Notes: generated by a model not told the origin, from the sequence alone. DNA of 64,000 nt from an uncultured Gammaproteobacteria bacterium (GCA_902521725.1 CABYTF010000004.1:19049-83048); one strand, 5' to 3'. Shown: positions 31,680-42,889, counted from the first letter of the stretch. Translations and numbers: made by a program.

Positions 31680-32797
31680 TATTGTTTTCTCAAATTAATA
31701 TACAGATCGTTTTTTATTGGCATAATCTCACTAATTCGCAGTGATATTTTATCTTTAAGTTTTTGTACTGGCTCAATTCCAGAGAAAGTATAACCTTTAT
31801 CGCCAATAATTTTTGGTGCTACAAAAAGCATAAACTCATCTACAGAATTTTCTTTTATGAGGCATTTGGAAAAAGTATTGCCACACTCTACAAGAATATC
31901 ATTCAAATCATAAGTATTAGCAATATCATATATATCCTCAAGGTTTACTTTTCCATTATCAATTGTATTAACATATTTTATTACGACATTTTCTTTGTAT
32001 GTTCTAATAGGGCGATTACTCATATTTTTGGAATCTGTGATTATTATAACTAGCCGATTTTTAGTTTTAAAAATATTGGATGTCACCGGTATTCTCATTT
32101 TCGAATCCAAAACGATTAAGGCCGGTTGATTTGTTATAAGATCTTTAATTTTTTTTTCTCTTATATTCATATATGGATCGTCGTCTATCACCGTGTTACA
32201 AGTTGTAAGTATGGCATTTACTTCTGCTCTTTTGCTTTGTACAAAAGTTCTAGAGTCTTTAGACGTGATCCATTTACTCTCTTTTCTTTGATTTGCAATT
32301 TTCCCATCAATCGAAATACCATATTTTAATCTTATATATGGCTTGTCATGGTTAAACTTATAAAAGAAAGATTTATTTAGCTCTTTAGCATCTGACTCAC
32401 AAACTCCTGTGGTCACATCAATCCCATTATCTTTTAATTTATTTATACTTTTTTCATTAACTAAAGGATTAGGGTCTTTAGACGCAATTACTACCCTTGA
32501 TATTTTACTCTCAATTATAGCGTCAACACATGGTGGTGTATTTCCATAATGAGCACATGGTTCCAAAGTTACATACATAGTCGAGCCTTTGAGATTCTCT
32601 TTGGACTTATCTATCGCTTCGCGCTCGGCATGTTTTCCTCGAAATCTTTTATGGTAACCTTTGCTAATAATTTTATCATTTTTTACAATTACAGCTCCTA
32701 CAAGCGGGTTTGGATGCGTTCGATACTTTCCATTTTTTGCTAGCTCAATGGCTATATTCATATATTTCTTATCTTTATTGTTATTCATCAATTTCAA
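31679..32797 (-). CDS. ribD: Bifunctional diaminohydroxyphosphoribosylaminopyrimidine deaminase / 5-amino-6-(5-phosphoribosylamino)uracil reductase
   Basis: HAEREA and PCAHYGNTPPC deaminase zinc motifs plus a C-terminal reductase domain. Confidence 0.9.
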   Translation of the reverse strand: MKLMNNNKDKKYMNIAIELAKNGKYRTHPNPLVGAVIVKNDKIISKGYHKRFRGKHAEREAIDKSKENLKGSTMYVTLEPCAHYGNTPPCVDAIIESKISRVVIASKDPNPLVNEKSINKLKDNGIDVTTGVCESDAKELNKSFFYKFNHDKPYIRLKYGISIDGKIANQRKESKWITSKDSRTFVQSKRAEVNAILTTCNTVIDDDPYMNIREKKIKDLITNQPALIVLDSKMRIPVTSNIFKTKNRLVIIITDSKNMSNRPIRTYKENVVIKYVNTIDNGKVNLEDIYDIANTYDLNDILVECGNTFSKCLIKENSVDEFMLFVAPKIIGDKGYTFSGIEPVQKLKDKISLRISEIMPIKNDLYINLRKQ

Positions 32798-33281
32798 TTT
32801 TATTCTGGTTTTTTAACATACTAGGTGAAGGCTGTTTCTCGAGATTTTCAATTATTGATTTAAAAGAGCGGACATCATTAAAGCTCAAGTACACAGATGC
32901 GAATCTTAAATATGCAACTTGATCTACCTTAATTATTTCTCTCATAATGATTTCTCCAATCTCTCTGGATGGAATCTCTTTATTGGGATGCTGGGAGCAC
33001 TTAGTTAGAACTTTTTGTACTAGTTCATCGATTTCATCAATAGAAATTTTTCTTTTTTCAAATGCTCTATTTATGCCTCTTCGAATTTTAGTTTCATTGA
33101 AAACCTCACTTGATTCATCAGATTTAATAACCCGAGGATAGTTCAGCTCTGAAGTCTCCAGCGTATTGAATCTAGCTCCACATACTAGACACTCTCTCCT
33201 ACGCTTTATAGAATAAGAATCTTCATTGAACCGTGAATCAATGACTTTTGTCTCTGCTGAACCACAAAATGGACAGCGCAT
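32781..33281 (-). CDS. nrdR: Transcriptional repressor NrdR
   Basis: MRCPFCGS...CxxC zinc ribbon plus ATP-cone, upstream of ribD as is typical. Confidence 0.9.
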   Translation of the reverse strand: MRCPFCGSAETKVIDSRFNEDSYSIKRRRECLVCGARFNTLETSELNYPRVIKSDESSEVFNETKIRRGINRAFEKRKISIDEIDELVQKVLTKCSQHPNKEIPSREIGEIIMREIIKVDQVAYLRFASVYLSFNDVRSFKSIIENLEKQPSPSMLKNQNKIEIDE

Positions 33282-33291
33282 AGGTCTTCTC

Positions 33292-34563
33292 TTAAGCTAC
33301 TGCTTGTTTACTAGATGAATACACAGGGAATTGTGAGCATAGATTAAGAACCTTTTCTTTGATTTTCTTAACCTCCTCTTCATTGTCTATATTATCTAGA
33401 ACATCGCATATCAGATTACCTAATATCTTTGTTTCAGTCTCTTTAAAACCACGAGTTGTTATAGCTGGTGTTCCGAGTCGAATACCACTTGTAACAAAAG
33501 GCGACTGAGGGTCATTAGGAACTGAGTTCTTGTTAACTGTTATATTAGCGCTATGTAGAGCAGCATCTGCAGCTTTGCCAGTCAGGCCTTGCTTGACTAA
33601 ACTTACTAACATTAGATGGTTTTTTGTTCCACCCGATACAACTTCAAAACCACGTTCCATCATTGTCTGTGCTAAGACATTTGCATTAGTGATAACTTGA
33701 TTCATATATTCTTTAAATTCAGGTTCAAGCGCCTCTTTAAATGCAACAGCTTTAGCAGCAATAACATGCATCAAAGGACCGCCTTGTGTGCCTGGAAACA
33801 CAAGTGAATTAAATTTTTTCTCAAGCTCTTCGTTCGCTTTACAGATAATAATTCCACCTCTTGGACCTCTCAATGTTTTGTGTGTTGTCGAAGTTACGAC
33901 ATCCGCATAAGGTACAGGGTTTGGGTAGACTCCAGCAGCTACTAATCCAGAAACATGGGCCATATCAACGTGGAAATATGCTCCAACTGATTTTGCAATC
34001 TCAGACATTCTCTTCCAATCAATAATTTGAGAATATGCTGAAAAACCACCAATTAACATTTTTGGTTTGTGTTCTTTTGCGAGTCTCTCAACTTCATCGT
34101 AATCGATCAATCCCTCTTCATTAATACCATATTGCACAGCATTAAATATTTTCCCTGAGAAATTAACTTTAGCCCCGTGTGTGAGATGTCCGCCCGCATC
34201 TAAAGACATTCCCAAAATTGTGTCGCCTGGTTTTAGGAGAGCAAGGTATACAGCTGCATTAGCCTGCGAACCAGAGTGTGGCTGAACATTTGCGTAATCT
34301 GCACCATATAATTCTTTGAGCCTATCTATGGCAAGTTGTTCTGCTACATCTACGTTTTCACAACCACCGTAATATCTCTTGCCAGGATATCCCTCAGCAT
34401 ATTTATTAGTCATTAAAGATCCTTGAGCCTCAAGTACTCTTGGACTTGCGTAATTTTCTGAGGCAATTAGTTCTACATGCTCTTCTTGTCTTTTTATCTC
34501 TTTTCTCATTGCATCATTGAGCTCATCATCAAATCCTGCAATTTTCATATCCATTGTAAACAT
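33292..34563 (-). CDS. glyA: Serine hydroxymethyltransferase
   Basis: [17 protein letters not shown] and [15 protein letters not shown]-lysine motif. Confidence 0.95.
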   Translation of the reverse strand: MFTMDMKIAGFDDELNDAMRKEIKRQEEHVELIASENYASPRVLEAQGSLMTNKYAEGYPGKRYYGGCENVDVAEQLAIDRLKELYGADYANVQPHSGSQANAAVYLALLKPGDTILGMSLDAGGHLTHGAKVNFSGKIFNAVQYGINEEGLIDYDEVERLAKEHKPKMLIGGFSAYSQIIDWKRMSEIAKSVGAYFHVDMAHVSGLVAAGVYPNPVPYADVVTSTTHKTLRGPRGGIIICKANEELEKKFNSLVFPGTQGGPLMHVIAAKAVAFKEALEPEFKEYMNQVITNANVLAQTMMERGFEVVSGGTKNHLMLVSLVKQGLTGKAADAALHSANITVNKNSVPNDPQSPFVTSGIRLGTPAITTRGFKETETKILGNLICDVLDNIDNEEEVKKIKEKVLNLCSQFPVYSSSKQAVA

Positions 34564-34622
34564 TTTACTCTCCGTTAATTCTGGTTCAGCCTAAAAATTT
34601 TACCACCATCCGCTATTTTTGT

Positions 34623-36347
34623 CTAAATATCTATACCTATATTGTCTTTTTCACCAATAACATCAATGTTTTTAGTGTTATCAACTTTATATCGCTCTAT
34701 TGTTTTGAGGTATTCAGTAGCAATTTCCCAGATTGGTCTTCCCTCTTCAATGTTATTAACGCTAGCCCATCCGCTAACTTTATACATTTTATTTGGTTTT
34801 ATTGCTAAATCATTGTTTAATCTAAGATTTGATATCCTATTGTTTATCGTTTTTTTTGGATCAATTGAATATTTTATTCCTCTCGTTCTAACCATGTCCC
34901 CTCCTTGCTGCAGATAGGGGTCAAAATTGAAAATATTGTCAGCGACATCCTCAAGTATGTTTTTAATAGTCTCACCACTCATTTCACGTACATATGTATT
35001 TGGATAAGTTATTGCAGTGTGATTGTATATATCTTCCATTGTAATACTCTGATTAGGCAATAATGTGGCGCCCCATCTAAATCCAGGACTTAGCGACAGC
35101 TGGGTGTTCAAAACATTATTCATAGAATCACATAAAAGGTCATCAAAAGTACCATTAAAATTACTTCTTCTATATAGAGTCTCGCTTGCATGACCGACAG
35201 TTTCACTCAACTCAGCTTTATATGGATCAGATATCTTATTTATATATCTTTCCATATCTTTATCAGGAGCAATCTGATTTGATAGTATTGGAATTAGATT
35301 ATAATCATAAGTATATGATTTCCCTGAAAACTTAATATCCATTACTGATATGAATTTTCCATTACATCCAGAATTAGCAACAAGGGTAACTCCAGAATTA
35401 TTTTTTACTTCGATTGTATTTGGAACAGCATCATGAGTATGTCCTCCTAGGATAATATCTATTCCGCTAACTCTACTTGCTAATTTCTTGTCAACATCAA
35501 TGCCATTATGAGATAGAACGACCACTAGATCTGGTTTATGCCTATCCTTGACCTTATCCAGCGTTGTCTGCAGCTCTTGTTCACGTATGCCAAATGTTAA
35601 ATTTGGTACTAATCTTGCTGGATTGGCTATAGGTGTATAAGGAAAGGCTTGACCGATAATTGCGATTTGCCTGCCATTTACCTCTTTTATTGTGTATGGC
35701 TTCTGATAATGATTTTCATCATTATATGCCTGAATATCATTGAAAATTGCCTCATCATTTAGAAAAACATTATTTGCAACAAATTCTCCATTGAATTTTG
35801 ATAAGTTATCAAGAAATTGCTCCTCACCAAAAGTAAACTCCCAATGTCCTGTCATTACATCAACGCCTAATATATTTGAAGCTTGAACCATATCCATTCC
35901 GTTAGTAAAAAGTGAAATGGCAGAACCCTGCCATGTATCTCCTCCATCTAATAGTAATGATTTTCCACCCGCCTCACCTGTCAGCATATCGATGACTGTT
36001 TTTAGATACGCATAACCACCAAATTTGCCATATTCTTTTGCAAGCTCGTTATAATTTAGATACGTATAAACATACTTATTAAAGTCATCATTCAAGGAAT
36101 AATATTCTAAAAATTGTTCGCCTACGATGTGTGGTGGTATATTTTTATTTGAACCTGTCCCAAGGTTTATGTTGGGTTCTCTAAAATATGATGGATTTAA
36201 TTGAGCATGTGTATCAGTTATATGTAGTAGCCTTATGTCTGAGTTAAAGCTATAGTTATATTTCATTGAGCTTTTCCCAAACACATTTTGATTCAAGCCA
36301 ACTAAATAAGCGGCAGCCATGATTTGTAAAAATTCTCTTCTATTCAT
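34623..36347 (-). CDS. Tat-exported metallophosphoesterase/5'-nucleotidase-family protein, SoxB-like (thiosulfohydrolase candidate)
   Basis: Twin-arginine signal (NRREFLQ...), HITDTHAQ and GNHEFD-type metallophosphatase motifs. It also has a C-terminal 5'-nucleotidase-like domain, 574 aa. Confidence 0.6.
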   Translation of the reverse strand: MNRREFLQIMAAAYLVGLNQNVFGKSSMKYNYSFNSDIRLLHITDTHAQLNPSYFREPNINLGTGSNKNIPPHIVGEQFLEYYSLNDDFNKYVYTYLNYNELAKEYGKFGGYAYLKTVIDMLTGEAGGKSLLLDGGDTWQGSAISLFTNGMDMVQASNILGVDVMTGHWEFTFGEEQFLDNLSKFNGEFVANNVFLNDEAIFNDIQAYNDENHYQKPYTIKEVNGRQIAIIGQAFPYTPIANPARLVPNLTFGIREQELQTTLDKVKDRHKPDLVVVLSHNGIDVDKKLASRVSGIDIILGGHTHDAVPNTIEVKNNSGVTLVANSGCNGKFISVMDIKFSGKSYTYDYNLIPILSNQIAPDKDMERYINKISDPYKAELSETVGHASETLYRRSNFNGTFDDLLCDSMNNVLNTQLSLSPGFRWGATLLPNQSITMEDIYNHTAITYPNTYVREMSGETIKNILEDVADNIFNFDPYLQQGGDMVRTRGIKYSIDPKKTINNRISNLRLNNDLAIKPNKMYKVSGWASVNNIEEGRPIWEIATEYLKTIERYKVDNTKNIDVIGEKDNIGIDI

Positions 36348-36876
36348 TGAGTTTATAAATATTATATCTCTTGAAAATAATTATAACTAAAAATATCGAG
36401 CTAAAAAGTATCAAGTAATAGTAATCTGCTTTAATTATAAAATAGATATGAACTAAGATAAAAAAATAAACCACGTATATGATCTTATGTAATTTTTTCC
36501 ATTCTTTAATTTTATCTTTAAAATACTTAAAAGACGTTAAATACATAGGTATTAATAATATTAAAGCTAGATATCCAACAATAATATAATTTCTAAATAA
36601 TGCATCTTCCATAATGAACACAAGGTCATAGCTATTATCGATTACATATAATATAAAATGAATCATAGAAAAATAGAAAGCTGATATACCAAATAACCTG
36701 GTTTTAACCTTAAGGCTATTATTTTTAAGAAGAGGTAAAGATAGTGTGATAACAAGATAGACTAGTGCTATATAACCCGTCGATGTTATTACATAGTTTG
36801 TTTTATTGATTATTTCATCATATAAAAATATATAACTGATCAAAATAGCTAATGGAAGTAAAAATATATTTAGCAC
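36340..36876 (-). CDS. msrQ: Methionine-sulfoxide reductase heme-binding membrane subunit MsrQ (YedZ-like)
   Basis: Ferric-reductase-like TM protein. RLFGISAFYFSMIHF and WKKLHKIIY align with YedZ, and it lies downstream of msrP. Confidence 0.7.
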   Translation of the reverse strand: MLNIFLLPLAILISYIFLYDEIINKTNYVITSTGYIALVYLVITLSLPLLKNNSLKVKTRLFGISAFYFSMIHFILYVIDNSYDLVFIMEDALFRNYIIVGYLALILLIPMYLTSFKYFKDKIKEWKKLHKIIYVVYFFILVHIYFIIKADYYYLILFSSIFLVIIIFKRYNIYKLNE

Positions 36877-36878
36877 AA

Positions 36879-37802
36879 TTAGAAATATTTAGTCAGGTCC
36901 ATGCCCTCATACAATTGAGCAACATGTTCTGCATAACCATTATGCATGAGTGTATCTCTCTTTCTAAATTCACCTATCCTTCTCTCTCTCTTCTGACTCC
37001 ATCTAGGATGTGATACATAAGGGTTAACATTTGAATAGAAACCATATTCATTTGGAGCCTCAAGATTCCATGAAGTATCAGGCATCTTTTCGACAAAACT
37101 TATTTTTGTTATTGATTTAATACTTTTAAAGCCATATTTCCAAGGAACAATTAATCTAATTGGACTTCCATTTTGATTAGGTAGAATGCGTCCATACAAG
37201 CCTACAGACAGAATAGTTAATGGATTTCTTGCCTCATCTAATCTCAATCCCTCTCTATATGGCCATGCAAGAATATTTCTTTTTTGGCCTGGCAAATTTT
37301 CAGGATCATATACAGATTCAAAGGCAATATATTTTGCTTTGTATGTAGGTTCGGCAAGTTTTATTATGTGATTTAATTCAAATCCTATCCATGGTACTAC
37401 CATCGACCATGCCTCAACGCATCTTAAACGATATATTCTTTCTTCTAATGGAAACTTATTAATAAAATCGTCTTTATTTAAGATAACTTTGTTTTTGACT
37501 TCACCATCAATTGATACAGTCCAATCATTAGTATTGAGTTTTTCAGCATTCATCATTGGGTCTCGTTTACCACTGCCTAGCTCATAAAAATTATTGTATG
37601 AGGTTATTTGCTTGAATGTATTTGTCTCTTCATTAGTGCTATATTTCATATCTTTTGAAAAAATTAATTTTTTATCATTTGAAAATAATAAATTTGAAAA
37701 TGTTAATAATGAGAATGCTAAAGATGATTTTATAATAGCCCGTCTTTGATTAAAAAGCTTTTCATCAGTTACATGATTCTCTTTTAGGCAATACTTCGAC
37801 AT
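36879..37802 (-). CDS. msrP: Molybdopterin-dependent periplasmic methionine-sulfoxide reductase MsrP (YedY-like)
   Basis: Sulfite-oxidase-fold pattern, 307 aa, paired with msrQ. Confidence 0.7.
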   Translation of the reverse strand: MSKYCLKENHVTDEKLFNQRRAIIKSSLAFSLLTFSNLLFSNDKKLIFSKDMKYSTNEETNTFKQITSYNNFYELGSGKRDPMMNAEKLNTNDWTVSIDGEVKNKVILNKDDFINKFPLEERIYRLRCVEAWSMVVPWIGFELNHIIKLAEPTYKAKYIAFESVYDPENLPGQKRNILAWPYREGLRLDEARNPLTILSVGLYGRILPNQNGSPIRLIVPWKYGFKSIKSITKISFVEKMPDTSWNLEAPNEYGFYSNVNPYVSHPRWSQKRERRIGEFRKRDTLMHNGYAEHVAQLYEGMDLTKYF

Positions 37803-40800
37803 TAATTAATCCACTCCCTTGCATTATTAAATAGTTTAAGCCAAGGAGAAAGTTTCCATCCCTCAGGGGCCCATGAAAAATTATTTATATGAGTTAATCT
37901 TTCAGGATGAGGCATCATTATATTTATTCTACCATCATTATTACAAAAACCTGTAACACCATTTAGTGACCCATTTGGATTGTAAGGATATTCCTCTGTG
38001 TACTTCCCAGTCGCATCAACATATTGCATTGTAGCTTTTTTGATACTAGATTTATTTTTGATAGATATTTTTCCTTCTCCATGGGAGACGATTATTGGTA
38101 ATACAGATTTTTCCATATTTTTAAATAGAATTGAATTTGATTTTGGAATCTTCACTAGAACTTGTCTTGCTTCAAACTGATCAGAATTATTCTTTATGAA
38201 TTCAGGCCAATGCTCAGAACCAGGTATGATAGATTTTAGGTTTGATAACATTTGACAACCGTTGCATACTCCAAGCGTAAATTTATTCTTGTCAGAAAAA
38301 AACTTTGAAAGAGAATTTAAGGCATTATGATTATATTTAATTTTATTTGCCCATCCACGTCCTGCACCTAACACATCACCGTAAGAGAAACCGCCACATG
38401 CAACAAGACCATGATAGCCATCGAGTAATGCAGGATTAGTTATTACATCATTAGTGTTTACATCATAACAATCAAATCCTGCTAAATTAAATGCATTTGC
38501 CATCTCCTTGTGTCCATTTACACCTTGTTCTCTAAATATCGCGATTTTTGGTTTATTTTTTTTATTTATATATCTCTTACTGATATTAGATACTCTGTAG
38601 CGTAACTTTGGAGTTAAATTATCTTGATTAGTCTGATGCGATTTAATCTTTGCTTTATATTCTGATAAAGCAGTTTTTTTATTATCTCTCTCTGATTGAA
38701 TCAAATACGATAATTCACTCCAATATTTTCTTAATTTAGATATTGGCTCAGAATATTTACATGATGATATTTTAAATATTGGTTTATCTTTTTTTGAAAG
38801 TTCACCAATATCATGTGTAATTGCCTCTAAATTATATTTCTGTGTCAGTTTAATAAATTCCTTTTGACATTTCTTATCTATTGCAAAAACACCTCCGAGC
38901 TCTTCATTAAACAAAAATCTAATAAGCTCTACATTAGATTTTTTAGAAATATTTTTCAAATCTACCGACATGTTTGATACGAAAGCCATTTCTATTAATG
39001 TTGTAATGAGACCTCCGTCTGATCTATCATGATACGCATTCAATAAGTTTTTTATTACAAGTTCTTGAGTAAATTTATAGTAATTCAATAAATCATCAAA
39101 CTTATTAATATTTGGTGATTCATGATTAGTATAAGATAGAGTCTGATCTAGTCCTGATCCACCCATTCTGTCCTTCCCTCTCCCAAGGTCAACTAAAAAT
39201 AATTGTGATTTCTTATTTGTATATGGTGTAACATATTTATCAACATCATCTATGGATGAAAACGCAGAGAGTATTAAACTTAGTGGACTCTTAACTTCAT
39301 TAGAATAGTTTTCACCCCACTTTGTTGACATTGATAATGAATCTTTGCCAACCGGAATAACTATATTACTTTTCCTGCAAACCTGAGATAGTCTTTCAAC
39401 AGCTTGATATAAATTGAAAAGTTCTTTTTTTTCAGACGAATTAGCCATCCAATTTGCAGATAATTTGATCTTACTGACGTCACCAATGTATACAGAAGAT
39501 AGATTTGTAATAATCTCACCAAACGCCATCTCTACAGAATTAGTTGCGCTTATCGATGCTATATTTGGCTTCTCACCCATTGTTAATACTTGTCCTGAAG
39601 AAGAATTAATATCAGATTTAGTGATAGAAAAGTTTGATACAGGGACTTGATTTGGCCCTATTAATTGATCACGAGCCACTAAACCAGATACTGACCTATC
39701 GCCAATAGTTACTAAAAAGCCTTTGTCTGAAACGCATGGTAATTGAAGAACATTTTTTATACATAACGATAATGATGGATAATCAAAATTATCCGAGGTA
39801 TCAGTCGAAATAGATTCGCTAATCTTAATAGGAGCTATAGGTGGTTTACCCAGTAAATATCTCATGGATATATCTATTGGTACTTCTGATCCATGCATTA
39901 CTTTTAGGTGTTTTTTTGATGTTACAGAACCTATTACATACATAGGGCAATTTTCTCGTATACATATATTTTCTAATTCAGCTAAATCCTTTTCTCTGAT
40001 TATTATCACGTATCTCTCTTGAGATTCGTTACACCATATCTCTAGTGAGGACATATTCTCCTCTGCGTTAGTAACATTATCAAGAGAAATGATCGCACCC
40101 ATTCCAAAGTCATTGACTATCTCCGGAACTGCATTACATAATCCTCCTGCACCAATATCATGAATACTGACTATAGGATTATCTTTTTGATAAGTACAAG
40201 CATTTATAACTTCCTGACATCGTCTTTGAATTTCTGCATTATCTCGTTGTACAGATGCGAAATCTAAAGCTTCAGAGCTTGATCCTGATTGCATAGACGA
40301 GGCTGCTCCACCACCTATCCCAATTCTAAATGAGGGACCACCAAGAATTACTATTAGATCACCATTACGTAAAATATTTTTAGCTGTATGTTTATTATTT
40401 ATAGACCCGATGCCTCCAGCAATCATAATTGGTTTATGATATCCAAGTTTTACTAATGACGAGTGTTTGTCTGTTTTTTGTTCAAAGGTTCTAAAGAAGC
40501 CAAAAATATTTGGCCTTCCAAATTCATTGTTGTATCTTGCAGCACCTATAGGAGCATCAATTATTATTTCATATGATGTTTTAATTCTTGAAGGGTACGA
40601 TGAAGAATTCATTTCCCATTTTTTTTTATATCTAGGAATATTTAAATTCGATAGAGTATATCCACAAAATCCTACTTTAGGTGATGAGCCTCTTCCAGTA
40701 GCGCCCTCATCTCTTATCTCACCACCTGAACCTGTTGCTGCTCCAGAATATGGGGATATTGCAGTTGGATGATTGTGAGTCTCTGCTTTGATAATATAAT

Positions 40801-41578
40801 TTTCAGGTGATTTTATATTTTTATATTTTAAGTTTTTAGTGATTACCAACTCATTAATTGTTTTGCCTTTTATTATGGAAGAATTATCTTTGTAAGCAGA
40901 TATTACATCAGGATTATTTCTATAGGTTGATTTAATCATAGCGAACAGACTTTTATTTTTTTTCTTTCCCTCGATAAAAAATTTTGAATTAAATATTTTG
41001 TGCCTACAGTGCTCAGAATTGATTTGTGAAAACATCATTAATTCAACATCCGTCGGATTCCTCTTTAATACTTTGTAAATACCTACAAGATAATCAATTT
41101 CTGAATTACTCATTGCTAAACCCATATCTATATTTACATTTTTTATTTTATTAATAGGTATCGTCTTATACGGCTGTTTCTTATGGGTCTTTTTTGAATT
41201 TAAATATTTTTTAATAGCTAGCAAAGACGGTAGAAAGGTCTCAGTCATCTGATCGTAGTCAAAACTATGCTTATTTTTATTTTTGGGTAGCTGGTATAGT
41301 TTAAATCTCTCAATTTGATAAGCCGTATAACTTAAACAAGAATCAAGGATATCTTTTGTTTTAGTTGACCAGGGTGAATTAAAGCCAGATCTGTAAGTTA
41401 TGGCGCAATATGAACAGTCTACGTTGAAAAGTCTCTCTAAATATTTAGCATCAAGGACCTTTGAGAATTTCATCAAGCGGTCTTTAGTTAGAGATTCAAG
41501 AGAAACCACTCGGAATACATCATACTGCTTGATATTTTTTTGCTTGTTTGGGTGATTTTTTGTAAAGAAATATTGCAT
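37802..41578 (-). CDS. purL: Phosphoribosylformylglycinamidine synthase (large, single-chain)
   Basis: 1258 aa with AIR-synthase-like repeats and a C-terminal glutamine amidotransferase (GVCNGCQM). Confidence 0.93.
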   Translation of the reverse strand: MQYFFTKNHPNKQKNIKQYDVFRVVSLESLTKDRLMKFSKVLDAKYLERLFNVDCSYCAITYRSGFNSPWSTKTKDILDSCLSYTAYQIERFKLYQLPKNKNKHSFDYDQMTETFLPSLLAIKKYLNSKKTHKKQPYKTIPINKIKNVNIDMGLAMSNSEIDYLVGIYKVLKRNPTDVELMMFSQINSEHCRHKIFNSKFFIEGKKKNKSLFAMIKSTYRNNPDVISAYKDNSSIIKGKTINELVITKNLKYKNIKSPENYIIKAETHNHPTAISPYSGAATGSGGEIRDEGATGRGSSPKVGFCGYTLSNLNIPRYKKKWEMNSSSYPSRIKTSYEIIIDAPIGAARYNNEFGRPNIFGFFRTFEQKTDKHSSLVKLGYHKPIMIAGGIGSINNKHTAKNILRNGDLIVILGGPSFRIGIGGGAASSMQSGSSSEALDFASVQRDNAEIQRRCQEVINACTYQKDNPIVSIHDIGAGGLCNAVPEIVNDFGMGAIISLDNVTNAEENMSSLEIWCNESQERYVIIIREKDLAELENICIRENCPMYVIGSVTSKKHLKVMHGSEVPIDISMRYLLGKPPIAPIKISESISTDTSDNFDYPSLSLCIKNVLQLPCVSDKGFLVTIGDRSVSGLVARDQLIGPNQVPVSNFSITKSDINSSSGQVLTMGEKPNIASISATNSVEMAFGEIITNLSSVYIGDVSKIKLSANWMANSSEKKELFNLYQAVERLSQVCRKSNIVIPVGKDSLSMSTKWGENYSNEVKSPLSLILSAFSSIDDVDKYVTPYTNKKSQLFLVDLGRGKDRMGGSGLDQTLSYTNHESPNINKFDDLLNYYKFTQELVIKNLLNAYHDRSDGGLITTLIEMAFVSNMSVDLKNISKKSNVELIRFLFNEELGGVFAIDKKCQKEFIKLTQKYNLEAITHDIGELSKKDKPIFKISSCKYSEPISKLRKYWSELSYLIQSERDNKKTALSEYKAKIKSHQTNQDNLTPKLRYRVSNISKRYINKKNKPKIAIFREQGVNGHKEMANAFNLAGFDCYDVNTNDVITNPALLDGYHGLVACGGFSYGDVLGAGRGWANKIKYNHNALNSLSKFFSDKNKFTLGVCNGCQMLSNLKSIIPGSEHWPEFIKNNSDQFEARQVLVKIPKSNSILFKNMEKSVLPIIVSHGEGKISIKNKSSIKKATMQYVDATGKYTEEYPYNPNGSLNGVTGFCNNDGRINIMMPHPERLTHINNFSWAPEGWKLSPWLKLFNNAREWIN

Positions 41579-41647
41579 CTTTCTGTATGAATATAGTAAT
41601 ACAATTTGATTGTTTTTTCTAAATTATGTATAAATAAGCTATCTCAA

Positions 41648-41991
41648 GGGGGCGACCGGCTTCGACGTGGGTTGCGACACCGGAGGTGCATGTCGAGCTG
41701 ATAGTAACTCGTTAAACTGCTGTAAAATATATAAACGCTGAAAATAAACCTTTAGCTCTAGCAGCCTAACTGCCGCTAGCCTCTCTTAGAGTAGGCTTAT
41801 ATGCTCTAAACAGAGGTCATAATGATAAGATCGTAGTTCATAAGCTTGTTAGTGAGCTATTAAATTAAAACAAGCTAGTAGTTATGTAGGTTGTCTTTAA
41901 CCAGCATTGCTGCAAAATTTAATTAAAGACTATGCATGTAGTACCAATGGCCGAGTGCTCTCGGACGGGGGTTCGATTCCCCCCGCCTCCA
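41648..41991 (+). ncRNA. ssrA: tmRNA (SsrA), tag peptide AENKPLALAA
   Basis: 5' GGGGGCGACCGGCUUCGACG pairs with 3' ...GGACGGGGGUUCGAUUCCCCCCGCCUCCA. Internal tag ORF is GCU GAA AAU AAA CCU UUA GCU CUA GCA GCC UAA. Confidence 0.9.
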
Positions 41992-42225
41992 ACAGAATTT
42001 AATGCATATTAAAATTGCTAGTCGCTTATTTTTATAACTCCGTATTGACCTACTTCTTTTTGATAAACAATCTTGTCAGTAAGTCTGTTAGTTATTACAA
42101 GTTTTAAAATCAGTTTCAGATTTATCCATAATTATTTTTAAATCAGTCTATAATTATAATTAATAAGATATAAGAATAACATAAATTTGATATGGTTTAT
42201 TTAAACTTGATAATATTCACATAAT

Positions 42226-42504
42226 ATGGACAGAATTAAAAAAATATTCAAAGTCACCTCGACTTATCAGTTAATTATTGTATTCGTAGTCTTTGGAATT
42301 ACTGGGTCTTTGTCATTAGTCATTTCTGAATATATTTCAATTTTCTTACATCTCGATAATATCATTATGTCAATAATATCCATTCTCATAGTTTATCAAG
42401 TTCTATTAATTATAATTGGAACCTTATTTGGTGAGTTTGATTATTTTTGGGAGATGGAAAAAAAAATAATCTCAAGATTTAAATTTAAAAAAAACAACAA
42501 TTAA
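42226..42504 (+). CDS. Small two-TM membrane protein, hypothetical
   Basis: 92 aa with two hydrophobic helices; no motif recognised. Confidence 0.4.
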   Translation: MDRIKKIFKVTSTYQLIIVFVVFGITGSLSLVISEYISIFLHLDNIIMSIISILIVYQVLLIIIGTLFGEFDYFWEMEKKIISRFKFKKNNN

Positions 42505-42533
42505 CTTATTTAAGATTTAGGAGTTTGAAGTAA

Positions 42534-42836
42534 ATGTACATAGCAATGAATAGATTTAGGATTGTTCTAGGCAGAGAGAGTGAATTCGAGGATATTTGGA
42601 AAAATAGAGATACACACTTAGAGAATGTTGCTGGTTTTATTAATTTTAATTTAGTAAAGGGTGAACAAGATGAAGAATGTACACTGTATGCTTCTCATAG
42701 TACATGGAATACTCAAGAAGACTTCATTAACTGGACCAAGTCAGAAGCTTTTAAATTAGCCCATAAGAATGCAGGACAACATAAAGATATTTATATTGGT
42801 CACCCTGTTTTTGAAGGCTTCAATGTTGTCATATAA
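42534..42836 (+). CDS. Antibiotic-biosynthesis-monooxygenase (ABM) domain protein
   Basis: 100 aa, ferredoxin-like ABM pattern (MNRFRIV...HSTWNTQEDF). Confidence 0.6.
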   Translation: MYIAMNRFRIVLGRESEFEDIWKNRDTHLENVAGFINFNLVKGEQDEECTLYASHSTWNTQEDFINWTKSEAFKLAHKNAGQHKDIYIGHPVFEGFNVVI

Positions 42837-42889
42837 ATTTCTAACAACTCCATGATACAAAGCCACATTTTACTCCTACCAAAAAGTAG

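Noticed and set aside
41992..42225. Possible prophage or integrative element at the tmRNA 3' end
   Set aside because: No integrase, no phage genes, and no repeat of the ssrA 3' end could be located by eye. Only an AT-rich spacer and two small genes remain, so this is reported only as a weak remnant hypothesis.
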